Positions 27,752 through 38,447 of a DNA stretch of 64,000 nt are shown in pieces. Below the pieces are notes generated by a model that had not been told where the DNA came from, ran no database searches, and worked only from the letters and a program-made list of their open reading frames with translations. The position numbers and the translations under genes are program-made. The DNA is from Diplonema japonicum (Eukaryota > Protista > Euglenozoa: Diplonemea): positions 496,001-560,000 of the forward strand of contig OZ025661.1 of assembly GCA_964019335.1 (NCBI GenBank). Reading direction: 5' to 3'. The stretch's first letter is position 1. Each line of letters starts with the position of its first letter.

Positions 27752-28691
27752 TTTATGACTATATGTCTTTGTTGTTCGCACGAGCAAAGAAGGTTTTTTG
27801 CTCGGCACAAGTTGCATATAGTTATAAAATCATTTTTTTGAAAGATAAATAGTTGTAACAAAAAAGAATTCTGTTGTTGTTTTCTCAAGCAAGGAGAAAA
27901 AAAAATGGGGGGGGGGAAGTTTGCACTCAGGTCCAGCGAGCAGAGAAAATACGGGAGAAAAGAAAGAAGAGAACAGAACAAAGGAAAAAAAAAAAAGAAA
28001 AAAACAAGTGTAAAAGGGGGAGTTAAAAGGTTAGTGCAAAATCAAAAAGAAAAAGATCCCAACTATACAGGACTTCTTTCAGTATGCTGAAGAAGGCCCA
28101 CAAAACCGGGTTTTATTTGATATGCTTGAAAAAATCAAATAGTGTACAGGGCTCTTTCCTCAGACCTACAAACATTTCTGTTCTCGCGCAACAGGGGACG
28201 CCTTGCAGCCGCAACCCCGTTGCACAGAAGCCTTATACGCTGGAGAACCGATAGAAACATGATTTTTTGTTCTTTTTATTTTATTCCTTCAACAGCGCAC
28301 TTGTACCAGCAACACAGCCCTGATGCCAGTCTTTATGCTACAAAAAAAAAGTGGGGAGGAGTCGAGGGAAAATCATCGTGGGGGGGGGCAAAAGTGTAAA
28401 CTTCGCACCTTTCCGTTAATTATCCAGTGTTAAAAAATTGGGGGGGGGGGGAAATAAAACAGAGAAAAAAAAAAAAAAAAAAAACTGTAAAGTGAAATGT
28501 CAGGCTGACAAGTGTCCGGACGAACATCACACGGGCCTGACGCCCAAAAAGCTCCTCCAGTACATTTGTCAGCACTACATTTTTTTTCTTCTTTTCTTTT
28601 TTTTCTTCCGTTCTACAGTAGCCAAACCGCAAGTAAGGCTGTTGGGGCATACGCCATGTGCATATACCCAACAGGTTACTGGCGGGTAGCT
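27752..28691 (-). ncRNA. Cluster of 5-6 unrelated long RNA hairpins (candidate structured ncRNA cluster)
   Basis: Hand-folded stem-loops at 27752..27828, 28058..28110, 28181..28229, 28293..28340, 28495..28582 and 28620..28691, mostly separated by homopolymer-rich spacers; most non-canonical pairs are G-U on the minus strand. Confidence 0.45.
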
Positions 28692-29109
28692 GTGTTCTAG
28701 TGTTGAGTAAATTCGGTCCTTTTTTTTTTCTCCCTTTCGAACACTGTTTGCATCACCTTAGGACATTGGGGGAGAGACATTGCAAAAGAAGACAAGAAGA
28801 ATTAAAACTACCTGAACTGATAGCCAGAAAAGAAAAAGAGACGGAGGGTAGGAGGGCAGATCCTCCCAAAGGATCATGCTTTTTTTTTTTTTTTGTAAAG
28901 TTACATGAGGAAATTCCTAAAGAGCCATAAAAATCAGAAATCACTTTACCGTTCACGAGTAAAAATAAAGTGAAGAATAAAAATCAGGTAATAGGCCGAA
29001 TTTGGCTTAAAAAAGTGCTGCAAAAATCAGGTAAAATCTGATTTTTACTCTGAGCAATTTTCGGGCTTTTTCGGTATTCGTCTTCATTTTTTGCATCTGG
29101 TGGCCGCTG

Positions 29110-29190
29110 ACACCACCATAGGTCAGTGGTCAGGACCCTCGGCCAGGGCTTCAGGGGTCGAGGGTTTAAACCCCGAGGGACCGTTTTTTT
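29110..29190 (+). pseudogene. tRNA-like (SINE-head-like) Pol III unit
   Basis: A-box-like TAGGTCAGTGG, D-stem GGTC/GACC, B-box-like GGTTTAAACC within a GGG/CCC T-stem, T7 terminator at 29184..29190; acceptor stem does not pair. Confidence 0.5.
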
Positions 29191-29206
29191 GACCCCGATT
29201 TTATCG

Positions 29207-29290
29207 AAAAAGTTCGGGGTCCAGAATTTGATCTCGTCTCCAGGAGACGAGTGCGACGACATAACCACTGAGCTACCACTGAGCTACGGC
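29207..29290 (-). pseudogene. Second tRNA-like Pol III unit, facing the first
   Basis: Tandemly duplicated perfect A-box TAGCTCAGTGG, degenerate B-box GATCAAATTC, T5 on the minus strand at 29207..29211. Confidence 0.4.
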
Positions 29291-29792
29291 ATGTTGCGCT
29301 TTTACAAACGTCGCTTGACACATTAATCGCCTCGCAAAATATGAGACGTAACCCAACCAACCCAAACCAGAGTCAGGTATCTGAGGCAAAAAACAGTCAA
29401 GCATCCGAGGCAAAAGAGGCATAAACACACTTTACCACGTTTCCGGGCCACCAAGCATCACACCTGAGGCTGGCAAATGCCGAAAATTACACTGGCCATG
29501 CATACAGGCGTTCTTTTGCACAATACCTTGTTGATGAAGGAACCTGCTGTTTTGGCTGGAAGTCAGACCTGATCAAGCCCCCGCACAAAACCAGCAGTTT
29601 CTGAAGAGCGATGATCAAGTGCCGACACAAATTACACAAAACCTACAGAATTCTGTCAATTTGACATCGCCTTCTCAGGCAGTCAGGCTTAGTTTTGACA
29701 TCAGTGTGAACATTTCGCAGAAGTGAACATAAAGGGTTCACAGTGTCCGAAATTTCCTCATTTAACTTTACAAAAAATTAAATAAAATATCA

Positions 29793-29831
29793 TATTAAAT
29801 AAAAATCAGGTAATCTGATTTTTATTTAATA
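29793..29831. repeat. Perfect 17-bp-arm palindrome/hairpin
   Basis: TATTAAATAAAAATCAG-GTAAT-CTGATTTTTATTTAATA; the same core occurs at ~29022..29046. Confidence 0.8.
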
Positions 29832-30257
29832 AATAGTTATTTTTTTGTATGTTGTTATTTTTTTTTTTCCCCGTGCCGTTTCCACCTTTCAAGATCTCGG
29901 AGTGTGCCAGTGAGAGGCTACGGTGTGCTGCAGCGCAGCATGAATTAAAGATGGAGGAGGAACATACGAAAAAATCTTTTGTTTCTTTTTTTTTTTTTTT
30001 TTTTTTTTTCCCTGGTTTTATTTATTTTACTTCATTCATTTCTTTGTTCCTTAAAAAACCCGGGGTCGCCTGCTGCCCTTTTTTTCCCCTTGGAGGGGGG
30101 AAAAAAAAACGAGAAAAATAGACGGGGTTATCTGTTTTTGTAAGATTCAAACCACCATCAACGGAAACCTCACTAAAGTTGGCAGACAAACTGAAAAAAA
30201 AAAAAAAAAAAAAGAAAAACGGTTTCTTTATTTTTTTATTTATTTTTTTTTTTTTTA

Positions 30258-30707
30258 TTATTTTATAGCAGTGAGGGAGGGACAGGGACGCAGAGTTTTA
30301 GCATTTGCTATCGACTGGCAGCAAATGGGACAGGAACGAGATCGTCGCAGCCAGTCATCGATGCAAGAGGAGTGGAAGTAGTGCGAGCAGTTTATGGTGC
30401 GGATCTCATCACCCGCTTGGTAGTTTTCCAAGCACATTGAACACTCGTCTAGCTCTGCGAGCCGCTTGTCCTCTTTGGCCAGTATCCGGATCGCTGTATA
30501 CTCTTCGAGGTCCTTTGCTGGTAACCCTTTCCCTGCTTTGCTCTTCGTCGCCCAGCCAGGCTCGAATGCCGTCCTTGCCTCATTGACAATGTCCTCCACA
30601 GACAGGTTGCGTCTTGACCTGCTCGTGCATGTTTGCGACTCCTGCCTTGGGCGGTGTGCTTCCTCGATAGGCTGCACACACGTAGTGGTACTACCCCCGC
30701 ACCCCAT
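30258..30707 (-). CDS. RING-H2 E3 ubiquitin ligase with N-terminal MGC acylation motif
   Basis: CSMCLENY...CSHYFHSSCIDDWL...CPIC; N-terminus MGCGGS. Confidence 0.9.
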   Translation of the reverse strand: MGCGGSTTTCVQPIEEAHRPRQESQTCTSRSRRNLSVEDIVNEARTAFEPGWATKSKAGKGLPAKDLEEYTAIRILAKEDKRLAELDECSMCLENYQAGDEIRTINCSHYFHSSCIDDWLRRSRSCPICCQSIANAKTLRPCPSLTAIK

Positions 30708-30786
30708 TCCTGTCTGCCGTGGTAGTCAGAAGAGTTGTACAAATTATAAATAAAGAAAATGAAGGGGGAAAAAAAAAAAGAAACTA

Positions 30787-31228
30787 CTAGCGTGCTGTGC
30801 TTCCCTGCCGCTCCTCATGGTCGCTCAGCGCGTCATTCAGTTTGACAGAAAATGAATGCACCGTGAAGAGCATCTCTCTCAGCCCTTGGCTCACCGCTGC
30901 TGCAGGGGTTGTCTCCTGTCTGGTCTGGACTTTTAAAAAGAACTGGTGCACTGTCGGGTGGTCGGGTTTGTACCCACAGAAGCTGACGTCCTTGTTAGTG
31001 TGCAGCTGGGTGCGCACCATATTCCCCAATGTGTGGTCTTCTTTTATAAATGTAAAAATTGACGCGTTAGGCATTTTCTCATCCTTCACCTCACTCACTT
31101 TGTAGTCCTGTTTATTTGTAGTTCCCACCCTCCCGCCCTATCCATACAAAGTCATGCGTCCCATCCTCTCTTTGAACATCGATCAGCGACTCGATGGGCA
31201 CCTGGTTGATCCTACTACTAGGCGGCAT
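30787..31228 (-). CDS. RPB11: RNA polymerase II subunit RPB11 (2 exons)
   Basis: FTFIKEDHTLGNMVR, FCGYKPDHP; exon 1 MPPSSRINQV...THDF joined by a GTATGG...AAACAG intron. Confidence 0.88.
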
Positions 31229-31425
31229 TGTGTCCTGTAAGGCATAGCTATACGTAAATGAGAAAGGAGGGGAAGATGAAAGAAGGATGAAAAAAGAACT
31301 AACTGAACTCTTTCTGTCTAGCAAAGAGGGGGAGGAGAAGAATAATAACAGAAGGGGGGGGGGGGGGGGGGGGTGATAACCAGGTTCTAATGTTGTACAG
31401 TGGGCTGCCGATTTAGTGGTATGCG

Positions 31426-33891
31426 CTATTTGCTTATACTGCCCGCTCTCCTGTCGTAGTCTTTTTTTTCAGATTCGTAGAACTTGAGGATGTTCTCTGA
31501 TATAGCTCTGCCTTCTTTGAAGTCCATCTCGACGCGTTCGGCCAGCTCGCGGATGTCGAAGTCTGTCATAATGATGGCACGCTGGAACTGTTCTTCTTGT
31601 TTGACGAGCAGGCGCACGAACGACTCGAACATCGTGGAGCTGCCTAGCTTCGCGTCGAAGTGTTGGCTTGTGATGGCGTCTCGCCACGCGTCCCATAGTC
31701 CATCGCCTTCCTGTCGCTCCTTGTCAGACTCCTGCAGCACGGCAACCTCGTCTTGCAGGGTTTGGAGCTTCTTCCTCTCCACAACCACAGCAGACGTGAT
31801 GTCCTTCAGTGCAGTGTCCGCCATCTCTTTATCTTCGTTCAGCTTCTCGTTCACGTCCAGCACTTTCGCTGCCAATATCTCGATCTCCGCCTTGTGCACT
31901 CCTCTCTCTATTTCGCTCGCCTCAAGTTGTTCCCTCATTGCATCCACCTCCTTGTTTGCAGCATTGCTCATCTGCATTGCCCGTGTCTTCTCAATGGTCT
32001 CCTTTACGGCATCTTCCGCCTTCTCTAGCCTCGTTCCCAGTTCCAACACTTCTTTCTCGTGCTGCTCTTGCAAACTAAGTACCTCCACGTGAAGTGCTTC
32101 AACGTCGGCCTCTGCAGTGCTCTGAAACACTTTGCTGTTGAGACCCACCACCGCGTGGTCCACCTTCTCGATCTTCGTGGTGAGGACTTCTAATTCCGAA
32201 CGGAATGCTTTCTTCTCGTTCGCGTCTGCATGGCTACTACACAGGGTCTCTAGGGATGATATTTGGCTCCGTGCTTCTTGCACTGAGAGTGCCAGCTCTC
32301 GCATTTCCTCACAGGCCTGCTCTGTTTTCTCTGCCTGCGCACGTGATAGCTCGTCTGTCTTCTGTATCAGAACCGTCACCTTTGCTAGGCTTTTGTCCCA
32401 TTCACTGCTTGACATCGCGGAGGACTCTTGCACCACCTGCTTCAGCTCTTGATACTTACTATCGTTCGTCTTCTTCTGCGCTGCTATTGCCTCGGTAACG
32501 TGCCGCAGATCTGTTGTAAACTGTTCCTTGAAGTACCCTTCCCTTTGCACGGCCTCTTTCACTGCGCTTTGCTGCTGTGTGGAAACGTGTCCCCTTACCT
32601 CATCAAGACCTTTACTTAAGTCTTCATCCCATTTATTTTCCACCTTGCTCAACATGTTCTTCACTTCTTTCCCTTCGCGCTGTTGTGCTTCTCTCAACTC
32701 TTGAATGCTCTGCGTGTAATCCACGGCCAGCAGGGATATCTCCTGGGTCTTGCTGCCCAGTTCCGTGGTTGCCGCTTCAAGCTTTTCTATTTTTTTGACG
32801 AGTGTGCCGCGTGTGTCACTAAGATCGGCTGTTATCAGTTCGCAACGGCTGGTGATGAGCTGCTTGCTACTGTCTTTTACCATGTTGATGGACTCCTTGT
32901 GCATATGAGAGTGTTGTGCAAGGGCTGCCCCTAAATCATTTGTCTTATCCGTGACAAGGGTCTCTAGGTACGTGGTGGTGTTGATGGCTGTGCGCTCTGC
33001 TTTGTGCACGTCTTCCACCAGCTTGTCATACTTCGCCGACAGTTCCATCCTGTTCCTTATCTCCACCTTTAGAAGCCGCTCGATTGCCTGCATCCTCTCT
33101 AGCGAAGTCTCCGCGAATTCAGAGTTTTTTTTCACAGCTGCAGACAGCTCTCTCTCTATGGTGCCTGAGTACGATGCAGCAAGCTGTTTGATCGCCGACT
33201 CGGTGTCTAGGAAGTCCCTCTCACGTGCAGCCTTCTCCCGAGACATAGCTGTTTCGAGAGTCTCGGAGCAGTGCGCACCGAGACCTTCTACTTTCTTGAA
33301 GAGGTCTTGCGCGGTGTTCTCCAGTCCTGTGATCCTTGATGTGATCTTGTCGAAGCGGTCGCTCGTTTGATGTTTGAGGGCGTCTGCCTGGAGCTTGAGC
33401 TTCGTGTCCACCATGGACTGGGTGGTGCTGCTGCCCTCAAGCTGCATCGTGAAATACTGTTTGATGGCCTGTATTTCTGTGTTGATCATGTTCTTGATGC
33501 TGTTTGTTTCATGCGATATCTGGTGGCCGATGTAGTTCGCGGCCCAGTCCCTGGTCAGTTCGATCTCGCGTCTCGCCTCTGCCGACGACCGTAGTGACCG
33601 CTCCATGCCTGTCGTCAGGTCGGAGATGGACTTCTGTGCATCTGCTTCGATTTCGAGCATCTTTGTTTTCAACCTGTCGCCTTCGATAAGCACGCGCCGT
33701 GACGTCGTGTCCATGACTACCGCTTTGTCTTCAACTTGTTGCATCCTTTTTTTCAGCTCGTTCGTGTACTGTCCCCCCGACCTGCTGACATCATCTGTGT
33801 ACTGAGGGCTCACTGTGTTCACTTCGGACCCCTCCTCAGGGCTCCCTTCGTACAGCCGTCTCAGCCGCATCCTCCTCCCAAACTGCGCCAT
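31426..33891 (-). CDS. Long coiled-coil protein of unknown function
   Basis: 821-aa E/K/L/A-rich uninterrupted ORF; ATG directly after CACAG|GA. Confidence 0.8.
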   Translation of the reverse strand: MAQFGRRMRLRRLYEGSPEEGSEVNTVSPQYTDDVSRSGGQYTNELKKRMQQVEDKAVVMDTTSRRVLIEGDRLKTKMLEIEADAQKSISDLTTGMERSLRSSAEARREIELTRDWAANYIGHQISHETNSIKNMINTEIQAIKQYFTMQLEGSSTTQSMVDTKLKLQADALKHQTSDRFDKITSRITGLENTAQDLFKKVEGLGAHCSETLETAMSREKAARERDFLDTESAIKQLAASYSGTIERELSAAVKKNSEFAETSLERMQAIERLLKVEIRNRMELSAKYDKLVEDVHKAERTAINTTTYLETLVTDKTNDLGAALAQHSHMHKESINMVKDSSKQLITSRCELITADLSDTRGTLVKKIEKLEAATTELGSKTQEISLLAVDYTQSIQELREAQQREGKEVKNMLSKVENKWDEDLSKGLDEVRGHVSTQQQSAVKEAVQREGYFKEQFTTDLRHVTEAIAAQKKTNDSKYQELKQVVQESSAMSSSEWDKSLAKVTVLIQKTDELSRAQAEKTEQACEEMRELALSVQEARSQISSLETLCSSHADANEKKAFRSELEVLTTKIEKVDHAVVGLNSKVFQSTAEADVEALHVEVLSLQEQHEKEVLELGTRLEKAEDAVKETIEKTRAMQMSNAANKEVDAMREQLEASEIERGVHKAEIEILAAKVLDVNEKLNEDKEMADTALKDITSAVVVERKKLQTLQDEVAVLQESDKERQEGDGLWDAWRDAITSQHFDAKLGSSTMFESFVRLLVKQEEQFQRAIIMTDFDIRELAERVEMDFKEGRAISENILKFYESEKKDYDRRAGSISK

Positions 33892-34868
33892 TCCTGTGGA
33901 GGCTAGAAGAACAAAGAAGGGGGGGGGGGGATACAATAAAAAATCGAATCACTTCAAAGCAAGGAAGGCAAAGAGAAGGGGGTCATCGTATGCTCTTCTC
34001 CTTTTTTCTTCCCTTGTTTTCTTTTTTCTTCTTCTTCTTTTTTCTTAGAAATTATTTTCTTCTCACAGAATTGGTCTCTTTTTTTTTCTTCCCCTTAAAA
34101 GGGCGTAAAAAGGAATGCTTACTGAGTACCGTATGCTGCAGTGAAGTCCTGCGCAACCAATGTGCTATACAGTTGGGGTGGGGGGTCTCATTTCGTGCTA
34201 AGGAGGTGATGGGGATGATAACACGCCACTGCAGCCACAGGGCATAGGACGCTTGACGTTGGGTATTAACATGTTAGACACAGGGGGGAGGGGGGTATTA
34301 GAAAGACACGAGGGGGGGGTATTAGAGAAATACTAGTTTGGCGCTTTATTTGTTTGTGAGCACAAGCGCTGGAGGGAAAAAAAACCTTTTCTTTGCCGCA
34401 GAAAACAGAACAAAGTGTCGGAAATATTCCTTTTGAACGAAGGAGGGATTAAAGACTATATGAATTTTATAATTCCCTGTACTCAACCGTAGCAGGAGTT
34501 CAAGGGGGGGGGAGGGAGGGGGTGGCGACAGTGTCATCTTTATGATAATTGGTAAATCACGCTATCAAGACATCGACGAGACGAAGGCTTACATATCTAG
34601 GGAACGAAAGACAAAGCAATAATCTACTGTACGTGAGTTATGCTCTGCGCGCTGTGTAAGCTGCACGGCCTCCTTCACGACAGCCATCTTCGAGGTGCAG
34701 GAGGCTTTTTGTTTTCTTTTTTTCTTCATTTATTCTTTCTTTTTCTTGATAAAAGGAGACAAGGAAGGATGTAACACAACAGGTAAAAAAGGAAGGGGAA
34801 ACTTAAAAGGGGGTTCTAAAAAAAAAGAATAATAAAAAACACGCACAAGCGCACGCCACTCGCAAACA

Positions 34869-36559
34869 CTAGTGGGGGGCAACGAACTCCTCGTCAGTGA
34901 TTTCAGTGATGATGCAGTCACTGAGCTCAGCAAGCTGTGTGGTGTATTTGTTGTATGCAATATGTAGCATACCAAATCGGAAATCTGAATGTAAGTATCT
35001 TTGAGCTCTGCATTGTTGTCAGAGATGAGCTTCAGCTCGGCGGTGGACTCGTCCTCATTCCTCTTGGCGCACTTGACGCTCAGCAAATCGAAGTCGCACG
35101 GAGAGTCAACACAGATGTCCATAGTCTTGTTCAAGGCCTCCTTGTCGAACAGGTGCCCACTGAGACGGATCATCATGAAAGGCCTGCTGTCCGTTGCCAC
35201 AGGGATCTGCTGGATTGCCGACTTGGCAAGCGCTTCCTGGTACTGCTTTACGGCGTTTGCTGCCATCTGAGCCGCTTCCTTTAGTGCAGGTGTTGCGCTC
35301 TCGTCATCGACCTTCCACTGAATGAAGTCCGTCGTGCTTACACGGGGGCCTGCAGCAAGGCTGATCAACACCTGGTCCACCTGGTCGTTGCTAATTTGCT
35401 GTGTGTCCGCAAGGTTCTTGATCATGGTGGTGGCGATCTGGATCTGTTCGTCAGGGATGTCCAGGTGCAGTGCCGTGCTCCTCGCCTTGATGGCGTTCCA
35501 GCCAGTGATCCTGTTCGTGATGTTCACACGCCTCTCAACCCCGAAGTCTTCTGGGCAGATGACCTCGTAGGCACCCGGGTTGTTCATCACTGCTTTGGTG
35601 TGTACACCCGCTTTGTGTGTGAAGGCACCGGAGCCCGTCACGATGTTGTTGAATGGGATGGAGACCTGCGAGGCTGCGGACACGTACTTGTCAAGGGAAT
35701 TAATTAGCTTGAGGTTGTACTTCTTGGACACCTCGGCTTTGTTCAATGTGTACAGACGTGCAAGAAGCCCACCCAGAGGCGTGATGCCATTTCGCTCTCC
35801 GATTCCGAGCACAGTGGTGTCGATGTGGGTTACACCTGCCTCGATGGCCATCAAGGAGTTCGCAAGACAGCAGCCCGTGTCGTCATGTGCGTGGAACTCG
35901 ATGCCGACGCTGTCTGGGATGGCCTCCCTCACGGTGCGCACGATCCTGTACGCATCGAGGGGGGTGGCAATGCCCACTGTGTCTGCGATGCCCACCCTGT
36001 CCACGCCCATCTCGGCCACGCCTTTGTACACGCGCAACACATCGTCCATCTTAGAACGGAAGGTGTCCTCGCAACTGAAGCGCACCTCCAGGCCGTGGCT
36101 CTTGACGAAACTGATTGCCTCCTCGGCAAGGCGCAGCACCTCGTCGATGCCCTTCTTGTGGGAGTGCTTAACTAAGATGTCGGAGGTGGCCATGTACATG
36201 TTGACACCGTGCACACCACTCTCGACTGCTGCAGTGACATCCCTCATGTCGCATCTCACGTGCGTCAAGATCTTAGCGTTCTTCATGTTGAGCTCTGCCA
36301 GCGCTTTGCAGTCGCTGAAGGCCTGCGCACTTGCGATGGGGTTCAGCATCTCGATGTAGTCGACACCCAGCCTGTCAAGCATCTTCGCAATGAAGACCCT
36401 GTCCTGCGTGCTGAAATTGCATGTGTCAAACTGCTCGCCTTCCCTCAGTGTGCTGTCAATGATTTTAAACTCGCAGTTCTTCAGCCTGTCCCCGAAGTCA
36501 GCAGGCGGTGTGAACCTCCTTACCTGCCGGGCCCTCTGACCTACTACTCGAAGCATCAT
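34869..36559 (-). CDS. LYS20: Homocitrate synthase (probably mitochondrial) with C-terminal LKR/SDH-linker-like domain (2 exons)
   Basis: IIDSTLREGEQF, ILTHVRC, VRFSCED, IEFHAHDDTGC, LGIGERNGITPLGGL, AFTHKAGVH, RITGWNAIKAR; Arg-rich presequence; intron 34935..34972. Confidence 0.92.
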
Positions 36560-36865
36560 GTGTGGTGCGATGCTGATGTGTTGTGCGAAAAGTATAGAGA
36601 GCAATGAAAAACAAATAGATCTGAGGGGGGGAAGACGAACACAAAATATAAAGGGGAAGGGGAGGATGAAGGCACCAGCGGGAGAAAAAAGGGACAGAAG
36701 TGGGCGGAAAAAAAAGGGGGGGGGGGTTTCCTTTGTCCCGGGAAGAAAGAAAATACACTATATTTACGCCGCCCTAATAATTTTACACTTTCAGAATGAA
36801 AAACAAAACAAAAACAGAAAAAAAAAACCGATGGTGCCACGTGGTTGTAAAGGTTGATGGGATCT

Positions 36866-37996
36866 CTAACTACGCTTAGGAGGGCCCTTGAAGTCGTCCT
36901 TGGCACGTGCTTCGGTGGACGTGGCAGGCACGTTGTTGACGTTCCTCTCGTTGGTGGCAGAGCCCCTGAAGCCCTGGCTGGCGTTTTCGTCCATAGTTTT
37001 GTACCTCGTTTCGTAGCCGAAGATGTCGCCGCCTGCCTTGTTGACTGGGGAGAACTTGGGATCGTCGAAAGCAGAGACAGCCTCACGCGATCTCCTCGTG
37101 ATATCCGCCTGCTGCTTGCGGTAATGCCACCAGATGGCCTGCCCCCTCTTGGGTGCGTAGTCACCATGCTCCAACTGCATGTTGTTGTATGCGTCACCAT
37201 TCTTGCAGAAAGGCTGGTTGGGGTGATCCCCACCTTCCGTTTCTTTATTCATCTGAAATTGCTGCATGCCGTCTGGGTACAGTCCCTCCACCTCCAGCTT
37301 CCCTACAACACCACCCTTAGGGTCGAACTCATCCACATCGTACACATTTCTGCCTCCCAAGTTAATCATGTGGGTGTCGTACTTGGGGTTCTTTCCGTAG
37401 GTGTTTCTGACTTTCTTAAAGTTAGGATCCCAGGGGTTCGTGAACTCTGCGCCACCGCTTGCCCCGTCACCTATTTGGGGGAACCTGAAGGTGTCCGCCT
37501 CGTTTTGTTTGAACGGCTGCTTGTACGCGTTGTCGTTGTAGTCACGCCACGCAGGCCCCAGCTCCTTGTGAAGCGCCTCCATCTGTGGTGGGGAACGCCC
37601 GCAAGCGTGCTTCGCCCAACCAGTCCATTGTTGGGGGACCTTCCCCCAGTCGGCGTACTGGAAGTGGTGGGGGTAGTCGATCCACCTGTGGCAGCCACTG
37701 TATCTCCTTGACAGCTCGTCGGTTTCCCAGTACCTGTGGCCCATTGCGTCCATACCAACAAGCCTCTTCTCACCTGACTCCCACCACGCTTCTCTCATGC
37801 GGCACATGTTTGCAAGGTTTGCAAGGAAACCATATTTTTTGAAACCGTACCAGAACCACTCCAGCTTTTGCGTGCAGTTCTGCCACCCGCCCTTGTACGA
37901 CACCTCCAGACGGTACTCGGGGGTGTTCCTGAATTCGGAGCTGAGCTCTCTTGCCACCCTGCGCGCCGTCCCCGGCGCAACGTGCTTCGTTGCCAT
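36866..37996 (-). CDS. NDUFA12: NADH:ubiquinone oxidoreductase subunit NDUFA12-family protein with long C-terminal extension
   Basis: RLVGMDAMGHRYWE...HRWIDY...VPQQWTGWAKH matches the NDUFA12 pattern. Confidence 0.75.
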   Translation of the reverse strand: MATKHVAPGTARRVARELSSEFRNTPEYRLEVSYKGGWQNCTQKLEWFWYGFKKYGFLANLANMCRMREAWWESGEKRLVGMDAMGHRYWETDELSRRYSGCHRWIDYPHHFQYADWGKVPQQWTGWAKHACGRSPPQMEALHKELGPAWRDYNDNAYKQPFKQNEADTFRFPQIGDGASGGAEFTNPWDPNFKKVRNTYGKNPKYDTHMINLGGRNVYDVDEFDPKGGVVGKLEVEGLYPDGMQQFQMNKETEGGDHPNQPFCKNGDAYNNMQLEHGDYAPKRGQAIWWHYRKQQADITRRSREAVSAFDDPKFSPVNKAGGDIFGYETRYKTMDENASQGFRGSATNERNVNNVPATSTEARAKDDFKGPPKRS

Positions 37997-38447
37997 GTCG
38001 ACTCTTACCCCTAGATGAATGGATGGAATATGTGCAAAGAGATAACTAATAGCCAGAGGACACCGAATGTGATGCAGCATGACCGGTGGACAACTCATGT
38101 TGGCTTCAACAGCTAAAAACAGTGCTCACAGTTAAAGACATATGGTAGGTAATAGAGCCAGAAACCAAATTAAAACACTCTCAAAGAAAAAGAAAAAGAA
38201 AAAAAAAAGAAGAAGAAGAAAAGAGATTTATTTAAAAAAAATTAAATTAGAATGAGAAAATGAACAAAAATCCTCCTTGACGGACGCCCAGCCTACAAGC
38301 TTCGGGTAGTTTTCATTTATTTATTTATTTTTTTTTTTTTTATAAAGGGTAGTGCGGCTTTAAGACTTGATTTTTCTTTTTCCCATCTTTTATCTGCCCA
38401 CGCAACAGGTTCCTTGCTATAGATCCTTCGTGGTAGAGGTGTCCACA

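Larger units (their letters stand above)
28889..29777. mobile_element. Non-autonomous TIR element (MITE-like) containing two tRNA-like units
   Basis: 27-bp inverted repeats 28889..28915 and 29751..29777 (26/27 identical); repeated AAAAATCAG(GTAA) motif near both ends; no transposase ORF seen. Confidence 0.6.

Noticed and set aside
28150-28165. CTGAGGAAAG on the minus strand suggesting a hammerhead or RNase P/MRP core
   Set aside because: No stem II-GAAA or matching CR-V/P4 partner found.
29110-29190. Functional tRNA gene
   Set aside because: Acceptor stem does not pair and the anticodon arm is mismatched; kept only as a tRNA-like unit.
31200-31221. ACCTGGTTGATCCT matches the 5' end of 18S rRNA
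   Set aside because: Only 14 nt exact, lies inside RPB11 exon 1 on the opposite strand, and no further rRNA sequence follows; probably chance.
34120-34710. Short inverted repeats downstream of homocitrate synthase
   Set aside because: Only 7-9 bp stems with inconsistent strand polarity; compatible with ordinary UTR structure.
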